From Craspedostauros australis (lineage: Eukaryota), in the NCBI GenBank assembly GCA_030167865.1, contig JALAGF010000535.1, positions 1-43,307 of the forward strand: a stretch of 43,307 bases of DNA, given 5' to 3'. The notes below the pieces were generated by a model. That model saw only the letters and a program-made list of their open reading frames with translations. It was not told the origin of the DNA and ran no database searches. Below are positions 42,491-43,307 of this stretch, piece by piece. Made by a program: the position numbers and the translations under genes. Within the stretch, counting starts at the first letter, position 1. Every line of letters begins with the position of its first letter.

Positions 42491-43307
42491 AAACCATTGG
42501 GCAGCATGTGTAATGCCATGCGATCATTGCAGCGAAGTGTTCGTGGAGCACCAATTTTGCTCGTACGTATTTTGGAATACGCATGGATCTGCGCACGCAC
42601 TGCTTCCGAATTCGTTGGGGCATTGCATGCAATGCAATCGAATGCGCGGTCATGCCATGAGTGATAGCAGATACTCGACGCAAGACACAGTCCCCGTTTG
42701 TCGCCCGCGAGCAGGCTGTACCGAAAGCCATCGTGGAGAGGAGGGAAGGAGGAATACGCCTTGGCTTTCCAAGTCGTCTCAGGCCGCTTTGTGAGTACGG
42801 CTGGCAATCCTGATGAGATTGATCAAGCTCCCATTTCGGCGCGGGCTGCAGCGCAGAAAAACATGCGCTCCACTTGCAACGGATCTTCTGGAGGCTCATA
42901 AGTGCGCGGGCAATTCCTTCAAGCGCACTGACGTCGTTATTCGCCATTGATGCTTCGATGTAGGGCAGATCAAATCGACGGCAAGTCGCAATCCCCATAT
43001 TCAGTGCTGTCCCTGGCATCCGACGAGTTGGCTCGGAAGGTCTCTATTCCTCCACCAGAACATGGCAAACATGCGAGCCGTACGAACGATATTACATGTA
43101 ATACCATGAGATGAGATAATAGTTCATCTTTTCGGTGATTGACCCACAGGTGCGACAGGTCATTTCTCTTGATGTTCTGGGAAGAATGGTTCTGTGCAAT
43201 TGAGCGTCTGGATCCGTCTCATTCGGGCGCAGAACTGCAGATGATGATGTACTGGCACTCGCAAGAGGGCCCCTTCCATCACCTCTGGCCATACTATCGG
43301 TGCTTCT

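Noticed and set aside
42487-43307. Minus-strand ORFs at the window end (230 aa and 66 aa)
   Set aside because: No recognisable domain and one overlaps the C19orf12-like gene antisense. It could be the tail of a gene or pseudogene outside the window.
1-43307. CRISPR array, operon, defence island, rRNA or intact transposon
   Set aside because: No repeat-spacer arrays and no transposase, reverse transcriptase or integrase motifs. Genes are intron-containing and functionally unrelated.

Overview
Eukaryotic nuclear DNA, almost certainly from a diatom or related ochrophyte. The evidence is bipartite plastid-targeting peptides with ASAFAP-type cleavage sites, a type III metacaspase and diatom-style ankyrin and 'CxRGLE' proteins. 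I reconstructed 13 protein-coding genes by hand and one intronless tRNA-Lys(UUU). The 13 inferred introns are all GT-AG and 198-397 bp, except one of 700 bp. In window order: a type III (p10-p20) metacaspase-like gene, tRNA-Lys, a START-domain protein, a plastid-targeted unknown protein, an atypical U2AF65-like protein, a spliced 84-aa membrane microprotein that the ORF track captures only in part, RPN7, SPT16, an ILR1-like M20D amidohydrolase, an ankyrin protein, a diatom 'CxRGLE' protein, a ~1700-aa low-complexity protein with internal duplications, an HCF107/Mbb1-like HAT protein and a C19orf12/Nazo-like glycine-zipper protein. I see no operon-like or multi-gene system, CRISPR array or intact mobile element; the interesting signals are single-gene. 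The best leads are the microprotein with an HMGN-like RRSARL motif, the C19orf12/Nazo-like gene, the degenerate metacaspase and the plastid protein with an ASH/MSP-like tail. All family assignments are from motif recognition and memory, not database searches.
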